The notes below the pieces were generated by a model. The model did no database searches. It worked only from the letters and a program-made list of their open reading frames with translations, and was not told where the DNA came from. From a phage, in the NCBI GenBank assembly GCA_024613925.1, contig GCA_024613925.1_4713.1: 64,000 nt of DNA, one strand, 5' to 3'. The translations under genes were made by a program, and so were the position numbers. This document shows, in pieces, positions 9,915 to 19,335 of the stretch. The number at the start of each line of letters is the position of its first letter. Position 1 is the stretch's first letter.

Positions 9915-10712
9915 TTAACGTGTTCTCCTATCCCGATGCGTATACGACTGAAGACCGATGTCCATATGCGGTAACGTTAGCGTCTGCCAGATCTGTCGTG
10001 CGTAGCGATCAAGCGTATGATCGTCAGTAACACAATCGACGGGTTCGATGAGGTGAGTCGTATACTGGCTTTTCTCAGAGAAAGGTTCGAGGTTAGCTGT
10101 ATCTCCTAATCCGCTTTTCACCGTGAAGACAAGACGTGTGACTATCATCGCTTTATGTTGCTGTTCATTATAACGAAGGCTGCGGTATACTGCATAGCTC
10201 CCTCCTTTTAAGCTTCGGGTATAACGAAGGTCGGAGGTCGTCTCGGAAATCTGATACAGCATCCAATCCAACGTATCTCGCCAGTACGCATCATCCACAT
10301 CAGGAACCGTAATACCGTACCGCGTAGGCAGCAATTCTAAAAGCAATTTATAAAGTCCGCGACGCAAGCCATGCTCTTCTGTTTCCGACAAGCCGTTTCC
10401 AACGTAACGTGAAATACGTGTACGTAAATACGTACGGATGAACATATTCGCCATCAGTGTTTTCACTCTGCTACTGGTATCCTCAAAGCGATCAACGCTG
10501 AAACTCGTTTCAATCAACCGTCCATTAAAATACAATGCGGCAACATACATCGCGTTATTACTATCACGTTCAATGTTTAAACGGCCGCAGATATTGGCTG
10601 CGTCGTTCATGGTAAATTCTAATTTATCGTGTTCGATACGATAGATAATATCCTCTTGGGTTGCTAGGCTCGCAATGCGACGATAGCCCGGAGAAGTACG
10701 TTTTACACTCAT
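9915..10712 (-). CDS. hypothetical protein
   Basis: Track ORF 9915..10751 trimmed to ATG (MSVKRT..) with AGGA 5 nt upstream; the track start ATG lies inside the TTTATGCCG motif. Confidence 0.45.
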   Translation of the reverse strand: MSVKRTSPGYRRIASLATQEDIIYRIEHDKLEFTMNDAANICGRLNIERDSNNAMYVAALYFNGRLIETSFSVDRFEDTSSRVKTLMANMFIRTYLRTRISRYVGNGLSETEEHGLRRGLYKLLLELLPTRYGITVPDVDDAYWRDTLDWMLYQISETTSDLRYTRSLKGGSYAVYRSLRYNEQQHKAMIVTRLVFTVKSGLGDTANLEPFSEKSQYTTHLIEPVDCVTDDHTLDRYARQIWQTLTLPHMDIGLQSYTHRDRRTR

Positions 10713-10754
10713 GATTGTCCTCGTTTTCAATTTTAAGATTGCATGCGGCATAAA

Positions 10755-10779
10755 CCCTCCCCGCCTTATGCAGGGAGGG
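10755..10779 (-). terminator. hairpin CCCTCCC..GGGAGGG followed on minus strand by TTTATGCCG
   Basis: Inverted repeat seen in sequence; member of hairpin+TTTATGCCG family. Confidence 0.4.
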
Positions 10780-10794
10780 TAGCCATTAAATGGA

Positions 10795-11433
10795 TTAACC
10801 TAATTTACCACCGGCGATATTGGTGAAATCTTCGCCATCAGGAACTTGCAGTAGGATACGTGCCATGTCCCAGTTGGTTAGTGTGATTGCTTTATCATCG
10901 ATACTCAGTTCTGGTAGGTCGAGTTCATGATCATCAAACTCGTAGGAAATACTCCACGTTTCGTCTGTTTTAGGATCGGTTATCAACACACCGTCTGTTA
11001 CACGCATGTAGTCCGGATGCAGTTCATTACTGAACGTGCTGAACGGATCGGTGTAACATTCAGCATACCCCTCGATCTGCTGACGTTGTGCCTTCGTACG
11101 TAATTCAGGGCACGCCATGATCAGTTGTCGAGATATACCGTTTGCCGCACGGAAGTCTTCCACGGTGATACATGGCATAACCACATCGTCATGGAAGATG
11201 TTCTCCGATTGTCTCAACAGCGTCTTACGGAGTTCAGCATAGTTTATCTGATTGAACGCATCGAACGTTGCTAACGATTCAGCGTAAAAATGCTTTACGT
11301 GTTCGCTTGCGCCGCCGAGGCTATTCATCAGCTTGTGGCCGTACTCCATAAAGCTTTTATCGAGACCGGAGGACATTTCTCCGAACCTCAGTGCACGATA
11401 ACTGTCTCGTCCACCTGTAAATATTTGCGCCAT
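10795..11433 (-). CDS. hypothetical protein
   Basis: 212-aa ORF with very strong AAAGGAGGA RBS overlapping the stop of the upstream exon/ORF. Confidence 0.55.
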   Translation of the reverse strand: MAQIFTGGRDSYRALRFGEMSSGLDKSFMEYGHKLMNSLGGASEHVKHFYAESLATFDAFNQINYAELRKTLLRQSENIFHDDVVMPCITVEDFRAANGISRQLIMACPELRTKAQRQQIEGYAECYTDPFSTFSNELHPDYMRVTDGVLITDPKTDETWSISYEFDDHELDLPELSIDDKAITLTNWDMARILLQVPDGEDFTNIAGGKLG

Positions 11434-11448
11434 TACAGGCGTCCTCCT

Positions 11449-11685
11449 TTAGCAATGGTTGTTAGTTGCTTCTATTTCGTCAAGATACGGTTCTACGTCA
11501 TCGCCCTCCACGAATTCGTTGAACCAACAGTCAATGGTAGAAATAACCGGCGACTGGTGTTCACATTTCTTAGATACCTTAAAAGGTACGTTATTATCCA
11601 TCATACCGAGTTCGGGTCGAAAACGCCCGAAATGTTTCGCAGTCCAAATATCTGGGACGATATGGTTGTTCATCGTAGTGTTCAG
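11449..11685 (-). CDS. RNA polymerase beta-prime N-terminal fragment (non-virion RNAP candidate), proposed exon 3
   Basis: Translation LNTTMNNHIVP.. resembles beta-prime segment (A)LMMSTNNILSP downstream of NADFDGD; in-frame stop 3 codons upstream of the track ATG and no need for own start if spliced to mini-exon; G of track ATG proposed as intron terminal G. Confidence 0.4.
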   Translation of the reverse strand: MNTTMNNHIVPDIWTAKHFGRFRPELGMMDNNVPFKVSKKCEHQSPVISTIDCWFNEFVEGDDVEPYLDEIEATNNHC

Positions 11686-12028
11686 CATGAGTCGCTACCT
11701 CATACCCGCAGCTTTACCTGCAGCTTCCGGTGTTACCGGAATGACCAGAATACATCTTATCCATATTCCAAATGGAACGTAGGACTTCCGCGCTGGATCT
11801 CGCTTGAGACCACGTATTCGTTGAACGTTCTCCTGAACGGAGCTTCGCTGCTGATCGAACATTGTCACGTACGGTAGGCGTCCCCGAAGGGATTGTCATT
11901 GAAGCCGCGTACATCCGCTACCTTGTTTCTACCTTATCGGTTCCTCTTACGAGGCGTAGCGGCCTTAGCCCTTCCCAGCAATTCACGGAATCCAAGCTCT
12001 TCCTTTCGGAAGGCAGGGCCTATGATTA
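11686..12028 (-). ncRNA. candidate group I intron B (second of tandem pair) in beta-prime gene
   Basis: Minus-strand elements in canonical order: P GAAUUGCUGGGAAGGG (~11966-11990), Q AUCAGCAGCGAAGC (~11846-11859), R GUUCAACGAAUACG (~11811-11827), S AAGAUGUAUUCUGG (~11743-11760); P/Q and R/S complementary (UUGCUG/CAGCAG; GAAUAC/GUAUUC); P9-like hairpin UCCGG-UAACA-CCGGA; 5' splice site pairing (P1) not found. Confidence 0.45.
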
Positions 12029-12041
12029 AGCGTCACCGTCG
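12029..12041 (-). CDS. proposed 13-nt mini-exon encoding (F)DGDA of the beta-prime catalytic NADFDGD motif
   Basis: Minus-strand CGACGGUGACGCU lies immediately after a G that follows the intron A S element; joined to exon 1 (..AAC GCA GAU UU) it reads N-A-D-F-D-G-D-A in frame; followed immediately by UAA. Confidence 0.4.
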
Positions 12042-12419
12042 CTGTTTATCGACTATATCTTCATCCTCGTTGCGAGGAGTCTCCCGTTTTGGTCTGTGTT
12101 TAACAGAGCCTACTCTACTCGACATCGCGTCTTTCGATAGTCTGTGAGCACACATCTTAACGAACATTCGTGGATTCCTAAACAGGTGAATGTTCTTGTT
12201 GAGATGCTTCGCTGCGGATTATTCCCGTCCTACCTCTTTTACCATATCCAGTTCATTACGCTGGCCCTCATCTGTGTCACCACGATGAGTTGGTGTGTAG
12301 TCCGATTACAGAAACTTCCCGTCAATTAGAGAGTTTTAACTATGTTCCTGTTACCAGAAACCAGATCCCGACGGTATCAATAAATCAACGTAAGTTATTG
12401 AATTTATTGAAAAAAACTG
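12042..12419 (-). ncRNA. candidate group I intron A in beta-prime gene, inserted within the NADF/DGD codons
   Basis: Exon ends in U; internal guide-like GAUCUG (~12361-12369) can pair with exon end CAGAUU including U-G wobble; P AAUUGACGGGAAG (~12315-12329), Q AAUCCGCAGCGAAGC (~12207-12223), R GCUCACAGACUAUCG (~12134-12149), S AAGAUAUAGUCGAU (~12049-12066) in order; terminal G at 12042; 3' region after S is unusually short (no obvious P9). Confidence 0.45.
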
Positions 12420-13675
12420 AAATCTGCGTTATAACCTTTGAGGATCATCACGCTTAACCCGATGGTGTTATCCTGCGGATCGCGTTTAACCTTGGTGATT
12501 TCAAGACATTGGTTACTGCTTCGGTCAAGTGATGGGTTTCGAACAAAACCACACACAATCCCATCGAACGGTGTATCAGCAATAAGCTCATCGTGCAGCT
12601 CGCTCATCATCGGATGATAATTACGGACATGTTCCGCAACGAACGCACGTGCTGCTCTCGGTGAATACCCACGATGGAATAGCTTGGATTGGATATGTTC
12701 TTTATTGGTTAAAGTAAATGGTGCGTATGGGAAATGCAGATGATAATAACGATGGTTCGCTGTTATCGAACTGATTACGGTACGCGTGGTGAATGGATGT
12801 AATGTACCTAATATGTTTTTACGTGTGATACCTTTCTTCTTACCGATGAACTCATCGAAAATCGCCGCATGGTATTGCAGCAGCTTCAATTGCACTTTCG
12901 CCATCCAGTTTTCTTTCTTTCTGGCGCTCAAAGGTGTTGTTGGATGATAGATGCTATTCAACGTACCGATAGCATCGATCGCACCTTCCATTTTGCTATC
13001 CGCATAACGACCGGTTGGCGTATTCTCGATAACGAACATCATGGCCGCAGGAAAGCTGATATACTGGCTGAAGAACTTATCACGATGGATACGGATGAAT
13101 TCTCGTAGTGTGTCAACTTTCTCCGTGTTCTTCGGTCCACGTAACGTCGGTCCTTTATACAAGATCTCCATGATGCGATCGAAGTTCTGTATAAAACTAT
13201 TTACGCCACGACGTATCCCGAATACATCGAATTGCTGCTCCAGATAGTTCTTGAGTTCGATGGGTCGTTTTACATTTGGACGGTAACTGGCATCAATGAG
13301 CCACGTCATCGTTTCAAAGCTTTTGATATTCAACTCGCTTGCCAGCACGAGATGGACCAACGGGTTAATGAACGCATCGATTCCTTCAGGAACGCGCGCC
13401 CAAACCGTCGAACGAATCTCTTGTTCTGCTGGGTAGGTTACAACCGTTTTACAGTTTGGACACACCGTGCCGAGCAGCTCACCACGATTGTAGAAACCAC
13501 AACCACATTGTGGTGTGATATCCAACGTATCGCTGGAGTAAACACGGGTGATAAAACTGTTTAATTTCTTCTTCTCTTCGACGACTTTTGTATCGTAATC
13601 GTTCAACAAAATCGGCGTAAAAGGAAGTTCTGCGAGCTGTCTATCGAAACTCACGATATCGAGCATGATGGCCAT
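12420..13675 (-). CDS. RNA polymerase beta-prime N-terminal fragment (non-virion RNAP candidate), exon 1
   Basis: Zn-ribbon CGCG..x13..CPNC like beta-prime N-terminus; GITRKNILGTLHPFTTRTVIS matches beta-prime [21 protein letters not shown]; unspliced ORF ends ...GYNADF-SFFQ-stop, i.e. stops inside the catalytic motif. Confidence 0.6.
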
Positions 13676-13717
13676 GGGGTATCTCCTACAAATGAAAAAG
13701 AACGTTAGGACGTATAA

Positions 13718-13741
13718 GGGAGGGAGGTTGCCCTCCCTCCC
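13718..13741 (-). terminator. hairpin GGGAGGGAGG-TTG-CCCTCCCTCCC downstream of chimallin candidate
   Basis: 10-bp perfect inverted repeat between stop of 13768..15663 and start of 12404..13675. Confidence 0.45.
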
Positions 13742-13767
13742 GTCAGATTACATCGAACGTTCTTCCA

Positions 13768-15663
13768 TTAGAACAGGTTGAATGCCCCACCCATGTTGTT
13801 ACCGCCAACATTCGGACGATCGCTACGTGCGTAGATGTTGCCGGAGATGTTACCCAGACCACGAGCACGTGCTGCCATGTTACCACGAACAGCGGTACCT
13901 GCCAGGTGCTGGATGTTCTCAGGACGGATGGTGAAGCCAGCATCAGCCGCAGCTTCGATCAGCGCCTGCAGTGCTAACGGATCGAAGTCGTAACGCATTG
14001 CCCAGCCGGTTTGTTCCCAGCTACCAGACAGAACACGATCAATGATTTCGTGACGAGCGACAACACGCTGAGACATCGTCATATCGGTACGGTCGAAGCT
14101 GTCTTCCCAAGCTTCTACGGTATCCGGGTTAGTGATGTTCATCATGTACAGATCGTCCATATCACGAATATCGTGACGGTGACCATCCTGGTGGTTGTAG
14201 TAACCCAGCGGGATACGGTTACCGGTAGCGTAGACCAGCGGTTGGCCGTATTGATATTTCTTGCTGAAGCAACCCAGGGTAGTATCATCGAAGGCACGGT
14301 AGAGTGCTTTGTAACCTTCGGAGATTTCTTGAACTTTACCGTCAACGTTGCCCGTAAAGATCTTCTCAGCCGCCGGGATCATACGCAGCAGCCAGCTATA
14401 CTCGCCTTCTTCCGGTACGTCGATAGAAATCAGCAGAGACGGATACAGAACCTGTTGCAGGAACTTGTAAATCTGCTCGTTGGTTTGCGTAGACAGATCC
14501 AGCGGTGCAGTCACTTCAGGATCCAGCACCATCGCCAGAGCACCTGGGTTATGCGGACCAATACCACGAGCCGCGTTGCTGATTAAAGACTGTGCCCATG
14601 CCATGCCGCTGTTCAGCGTAGCGATGGTACCAATCAGACCCAGCACGAAGCTGTTCGGTGTGAACGCATCCAGCTCCAGCGGGTAAACGCTGGTCATCAC
14701 GTAACGCGGCTGGTACTGTACAGTCGGCGGTACCGGATAGCCGTTAACCAGAACAGGGCCTTGGTTGAAGGTCGGGTTCTGCGGGCTGTAGGTCAGGTCA
14801 ATGTAACCGGTGGTGGCGACCAGACGCTGTTGACTATCGTAATCGCTCATCGCTTGACGGATGCGGTTAGAGATAGTTACAGTGATGTCAGAACGCACAG
14901 GGTTACCAACAATATCGCTGTCCTGCATACCGCTGGTGTTGTACTGAACGCTGCTGATTGGCTGATCGCTTGCCATCATGCCCAGGTTGAACTGCGGCAG
15001 ACCCAGTTTATCACCGAGACGGATTTCGATCGCGGTTTGGATTGCGTTATCTGCAGCAGACAGCAGGGTGGTTGCCAGATGCGCAGATTCAGCGGTGATT
15101 TCATTGGTCACCACAGCCAGACCAGCGATACGAACAGTACCGTTAGACTTACCGCCAATAGCTGAATACATTGCCGCCATGACTTCGTTGATGAACGTAC
15201 CGTTCAGGTTATCAACCCAGGTACGCGGTACCAGAATGTTACCATGCGGACCTTGTTCTTCACGACGCGGCAGCGGAGCCAGACCAGCAACCAGCGGCAG
15301 GACGTAACCGAAGAAGTGGTTATGATCACCAACTTTTGCACCGCTCATAACAACCAGGGTCGGATACGGTACGCTGTACTGGTTCGGGTCAACCGCAACA
15401 AAGATGAAGTCGTCTTTGAACTGGGTATCTTCCAGATATTTCTCCATCAGACGACGGAGATTCAGTACCTGCTCGGAGCCGGTATTACGGCTGATACGAC
15501 GGCTCAGTGTACGGTTGATCGTACGCATCGTATGAGTTACTTTAGGACGGTCGGCAAAATCTGCAGCGGTTTCCAGCGCCTCATCAGCACGTTGTGCGGT
15601 GCGGGTTTCAGCTGCACGAATTTCTACATTATCGTTACCGTTATTACGTACGTCTAAGCCCAT
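13768..15663 (-). CDS. chmA: candidate chimallin (phage nuclear shell protein, ChmA-like)
   Basis: 631 aa (the size recalled for chimallins); sits immediately upstream on the same strand of the beta-prime N-terminal gene, as phiKZ gp54-gp55; early-promoter motif and AAGAGGAA RBS upstream; assignment by size and synteny only, no alignment performed. Confidence 0.45.
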   Translation of the reverse strand: MGLDVRNNGNDNVEIRAAETRTAQRADEALETAADFADRPKVTHTMRTINRTLSRRISRNTGSEQVLNLRRLMEKYLEDTQFKDDFIFVAVDPNQYSVPYPTLVVMSGAKVGDHNHFFGYVLPLVAGLAPLPRREEQGPHGNILVPRTWVDNLNGTFINEVMAAMYSAIGGKSNGTVRIAGLAVVTNEITAESAHLATTLLSAADNAIQTAIEIRLGDKLGLPQFNLGMMASDQPISSVQYNTSGMQDSDIVGNPVRSDITVTISNRIRQAMSDYDSQQRLVATTGYIDLTYSPQNPTFNQGPVLVNGYPVPPTVQYQPRYVMTSVYPLELDAFTPNSFVLGLIGTIATLNSGMAWAQSLISNAARGIGPHNPGALAMVLDPEVTAPLDLSTQTNEQIYKFLQQVLYPSLLISIDVPEEGEYSWLLRMIPAAEKIFTGNVDGKVQEISEGYKALYRAFDDTTLGCFSKKYQYGQPLVYATGNRIPLGYYNHQDGHRHDIRDMDDLYMMNITNPDTVEAWEDSFDRTDMTMSQRVVARHEIIDRVLSGSWEQTGWAMRYDFDPLALQALIEAAADAGFTIRPENIQHLAGTAVRGNMAARARGLGNISGNIYARSDRPNVGGNNMGGAFNLF

Positions 15664-15727
15664 TTGGGATTCCTCTTTTCTTAAACTTTATTAAATGACG
15701 TCATTGAATCAGCTTCTACTCGCTCAT

Positions 15728-15752
15728 TCACCTAGGTAATATAACCCTGAAA
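15728..15752 (-). promoter_or_regulatory. early-promoter-like motif (minus-strand GGTTATATTACCTAGGTG) upstream of chimallin candidate
   Basis: Third copy of conserved motif, ~70-90 nt upstream of ATG at 15663; an ATGACGTCAT palindrome lies between motif and start. Confidence 0.45.
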
Positions 15753-15917
15753 TTTTTTTCAATATTGGTGTAACCACATTGAACGATATAAACCCCTAGG
15801 CGAACGCTGCCGAGAAGCAACATTCTTTCTACATATAATCAGGATATGTCTGTAAACTTTTACTTCTCTTATTGAGAGTAATGTCATATCCGTTTATTAC
15901 CTTCTTACGGAGTTCGT

Positions 15918-17012
15918 ATGTTTCGTGTTTTAAATAACCTCCCGCGAACATCATCGGGTGTGCAACCCGTCCCTCAGAAAGACTATCTAATACGCGAAGT
16001 TCAAAGAAACCTACAGACAATCCAGAACCACTATCAAGGTTTTACCTTCGCGGTTCAGAGCGATCACATCCTTGCGTTGCTGCTCGCACAGCTCCCTATG
16101 AGATACGACATCTCAGTACAAACTTACTACGACATGATTCTCGATCTTACCCCAGAATTGGGTAATCGTGTCAAGTTGACAACATCAAGATACGCGGGTA
16201 AGTTATTCGACGGTGCTTTCTATCCGGGATTGCACGAAGCTATTATCGCAACCGGTGAAAGTCGTCTTATTTCACGTGACATTCTTGACAACTGGCGTAA
16301 TTGGTCGCCGGTTAGAATCGTGACGCACCCGTACGCAAATCTTCGTTACATTCCTCTTCACCGAAAGCCGGTTGAAGAAGGACGAGGTTTTGCGGTCATT
16401 ATGGTTGATGTACCTTTATTAGCGCTACAGTATCGAATGTGGTCTTTGGTCATGGGTCATAACGTCGACGGTAAATGGGTGGTTAAAGAACCGGTTACAA
16501 GCTTCCTTGCGAGTTTTCCGTTGGTTAACGCATTATACTCACACAACGATGTTGTTATACGCAATCGTTGTTTATGGGTATCTCCGGCTAAGAATCCACT
16601 CAAATCACCCATTTACGTTAACGACCTTGATAACGTATTCAGCCAAGTCGTTCTGTCCGTACAGCATCATTTATTACGCAGAAGACGAAGCTACACCGAC
16701 ATGCTTAAACAGATACCGAGTTTATACGGGGATCAGTACCAAGCAACCCGAATGGGTTACACCGTCGATCTTCGACAAACACGATGGGCAAGGGATCTGG
16801 GTTGTCTGTCATTATGGCAACAACTCGTCACATTGCAAAACGTATCTGAAAGCGTCGGGTTCAGCAGTCAAGTCGATAATGACCTGTACCGTGCTGCCGA
16901 CCGGAGTCTAAAAGAAGGTAACTGGGAATCCTCTCCGTTACCTGGTGATTTAAGACGTGAAGTTATCGCACAGGTTGCCGACCTCTTAAAAATTCTTCCT
17001 GCTGGTGCATAA
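15918..17012 (+). CDS. hypothetical protein
   Basis: 364-aa ORF, GGAG 5-6 nt upstream of ATG; convergent with 17079..19232. Confidence 0.5.
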   Translation: MFRVLNNLPRTSSGVQPVPQKDYLIREVQRNLQTIQNHYQGFTFAVQSDHILALLLAQLPMRYDISVQTYYDMILDLTPELGNRVKLTTSRYAGKLFDGAFYPGLHEAIIATGESRLISRDILDNWRNWSPVRIVTHPYANLRYIPLHRKPVEEGRGFAVIMVDVPLLALQYRMWSLVMGHNVDGKWVVKEPVTSFLASFPLVNALYSHNDVVIRNRCLWVSPAKNPLKSPIYVNDLDNVFSQVVLSVQHHLLRRRRSYTDMLKQIPSLYGDQYQATRMGYTVDLRQTRWARDLGCLSLWQQLVTLQNVSESVGFSSQVDNDLYRAADRSLKEGNWESSPLPGDLRREVIAQVADLLKILPAGA

Positions 17013-17017
17013 TCACC

Positions 17018-17066
17018 TCCCTCTTCCCTCGCATCCTCCCAACCCGTAAGGGAAGGGAGGATGGGG
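17018..17066. terminator. GC-rich imperfect hairpin between convergent genes (bidirectional terminator candidate)
   Basis: CATCCTCCC..GGGAGGATG plus CTTCCCT/AGGGAAG complementarity seen in sequence. Confidence 0.4.
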
Positions 17067-17078
17067 TGGTGGATTATG

Positions 17079-19232
17079 TTACTCTGCGGTTTCTCGCTTC
17101 GGTAAATAACTTGCTGCGATGTCTTGGGCTAACAATGTATTGTTTTTATTCGAGATGAAAATACCGTAACTTTCCATTAACGCGTAATACGAACGAACGA
17201 GCGTAGAGATCAATCGACGAATATCCATACCTTGAATAAAGATATCAGGAAGCCCGGAGGCTTCGATCACCGGTAATGGTATCGTTAAGTTGCTTATCGT
17301 TTTCTTATCGTTACGTACAATCCAATCACGGAAACGTTGTTGTAACCCTTTATCCTCCCAGGAATCAATCCAATCGTTAAGAAGCGTTTTGTTCTTCGTC
17401 GCCAACGGCACACGAACCCCAACATAGGGTGGTTCCTGGCAATGGCCGTACGATTGAGCAAACACCTCTTCCCACATATCGTAAGACTGTTTCGTTACCG
17501 CAACATGTGGTTTCACTTTAACACGTGTTAAGAAATCAGGATCACCACGTTTCATGGACTCAACGATTTCGTTTTCTAACGAGATAATATCGTCAAGAAC
17601 CAATCGAATGCTGATCTTCTCATTACGTAACAGCTTATCCATGATACCGCACATCATGCGTTCAACACGTTTGACGATCATTTTTGGTGCTGACGCATCA
17701 CGCATAACCGGACCTTTCAATTCCAGCTTCGGTGGATTGATAGGAACCCCTTCACGCATGGTCATGTAACCGTAATAGTTTTTACCCATCGAGGTTAACG
17801 ACAGAATCAAGAACATATATTCGTTCTTCATTTCCATCACGTACATATGCTCTTTCGCTACACCGATATTACCAGAACACATCGCCATCAGATGAACCGT
17901 AATCTGCGTAACCAGATAGATAAGCGTGTTTGCTAAGCGCGTCGAAACTGGATTGATCTCCATATTTCCAAATCGCCACTGAACCCACTCCTGGCAGGTA
18001 AACACCGTCGAGTCGGTATCAGACAACACGCCCACTTCACGGATTGCCGACGGAAAAGCATAAACGCCAGCCGGTTGGTTCTCGGTACGCCAGAACGCCA
18101 TAATCAAGTCAGCATAACTTTGGATGCGTTGCAGCATTAATTTTGTTGTTGCTGCGGTAAGACGATAACCAAGCTCATTTCCTTTTTCTAGCGCTACGTA
18201 AATCGCTTCCCCATTCAAGAACTCCGTGCATTGTGCTGTAATCCAAGCGACCGTGTTGTTATCCATGGAAGCAATAATGGCTTTAGCCTCTTCCATCGTT
18301 TCAACAGGTTCGGATGCCAGCTCACACAACGAGTCAAGAAAATCTCGAACAAATTCAGGATTAAGCTCACGTAACGAGTACAGGTTATTGCTGTACATGT
18401 AGCAGGCGCGTTCCAACGGCGTTAAACCGGTAATTAACTCCCGGATAGTCAGTTCTTTCTCTGGGTCGAAAGTATACCGATGTAAGCATTTCGATACGTT
18501 AGCCCAAACCTCTTCCGGCGTAGGGTAATGCAGTTTGTATTTTACCATTACCTGCTCAATGGCTTTACGATCGCTGTTACGGACGATGCTTACGATGTTT
18601 TCAATTGCGATATCACAATCGTAATAATGGAAATTGCCCGCAAGGAAGCGTTCGTTGTTCGCATTGGCTGAACCTGAAGCACAGCGACATGTTGTCGTTA
18701 GACTCGGATGCGCAATCGGATTATAAAAAGGGTTGAACTTGGACGCCTGGGTTCCTGACAAACTGTTGTTGTCTAACTTGGTGTTGGTTTGTCGTTTATC
18801 GTGTAGCTCCGCTTCGTCTTTACGTCCGTGTGCTTGCGCTATCGACATTTGTTTCTTTTGTTTCTTACGCAACTTACCGTTTTCAACCGCAAAGTCGCTT
18901 AGCACACTGGAACGTGTTTCACGTGGATAACAGTTAGCCCACACCGGCGTGATAATTAAATTATTTTCTTTAATATCGTTGAAGTATTGGCTGAACTTGA
19001 TGACTTCTTTTTCTCGATTTCCTTCGGTACGCTGCGTTAGTACAAGGCAGTCGGGATCAACCATCCCGTATTTTCCACCAGGACGAACCGTTTCAAGAAC
19101 AAACTGCAACGCTTCCTGCTGAGATATCCCACGCATGCGCATTAAGAACAGGGTATAATCCTGTACCGCTTCTTTGGTCATATCCAACGTACGACCATAT
19201 CCGTTTTCATCGTAAAAGAACGGATTTTCCAT
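17079..19232 (-). CDS. hypothetical protein (717 aa)
   Basis: Long ORF; GGAGG 4-5 nt upstream of ATG; function not recognised. Confidence 0.55.
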   Translation of the reverse strand: MENPFFYDENGYGRTLDMTKEAVQDYTLFLMRMRGISQQEALQFVLETVRPGGKYGMVDPDCLVLTQRTEGNREKEVIKFSQYFNDIKENNLIITPVWANCYPRETRSSVLSDFAVENGKLRKKQKKQMSIAQAHGRKDEAELHDKRQTNTKLDNNSLSGTQASKFNPFYNPIAHPSLTTTCRCASGSANANNERFLAGNFHYYDCDIAIENIVSIVRNSDRKAIEQVMVKYKLHYPTPEEVWANVSKCLHRYTFDPEKELTIRELITGLTPLERACYMYSNNLYSLRELNPEFVRDFLDSLCELASEPVETMEEAKAIIASMDNNTVAWITAQCTEFLNGEAIYVALEKGNELGYRLTAATTKLMLQRIQSYADLIMAFWRTENQPAGVYAFPSAIREVGVLSDTDSTVFTCQEWVQWRFGNMEINPVSTRLANTLIYLVTQITVHLMAMCSGNIGVAKEHMYVMEMKNEYMFLILSLTSMGKNYYGYMTMREGVPINPPKLELKGPVMRDASAPKMIVKRVERMMCGIMDKLLRNEKISIRLVLDDIISLENEIVESMKRGDPDFLTRVKVKPHVAVTKQSYDMWEEVFAQSYGHCQEPPYVGVRVPLATKNKTLLNDWIDSWEDKGLQQRFRDWIVRNDKKTISNLTIPLPVIEASGLPDIFIQGMDIRRLISTLVRSYYALMESYGIFISNKNNTLLAQDIAASYLPKRETAE

Positions 19233-19307
19233 AAATCCTCCAAAAGTTATTTAGTCTGTCTACATCATCTCGTATATCTGTTAAAAAAGAAGGACGGCAT
19301 AAAAAAG

Positions 19308-19335
19308 AACCGATCCAGCCGAAGCCAGATCGGTT
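19308..19335 (-). terminator. intrinsic terminator (minus strand): hairpin with CUUCGG loop followed by CTTTTTTATGCCG
   Basis: AACCGATC..GATCGGTT stem; T6 run follows on minus strand; ~200 nt downstream of gene 19533..19946 and ~75 nt upstream of start of 17079..19232. Confidence 0.5.

Noticed and set aside
11449-11688. 79-aa ORF as an independent small Cys-containing protein
   Set aside because: Reinterpreted as exon 3 of the beta-prime gene: an in-frame stop sits 3 codons upstream of its ATG, its N-terminus matches the beta-prime segment following the catalytic motif, and the G of its ATG fits as the intron terminal G. Independent translation remains a fallback
12407-12420. T7 run (AGTTTTTTTCAA) right after the NADF codons as a programmed frameshift or transcriptional slippage site
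   Set aside because: No frame shift at this run yields DGD; the downstream DGDA mini-exon plus intron core elements explain the interruption better
17079-19232. Family B DNA polymerase-like or RNAP-like motifs (SDTDS, KNYYGY) in the 717-aa protein
   Set aside because: Matches are too short and imperfect (YGDTDS and Kx3NSxYG not satisfied) to support a polymerase call without a profile search
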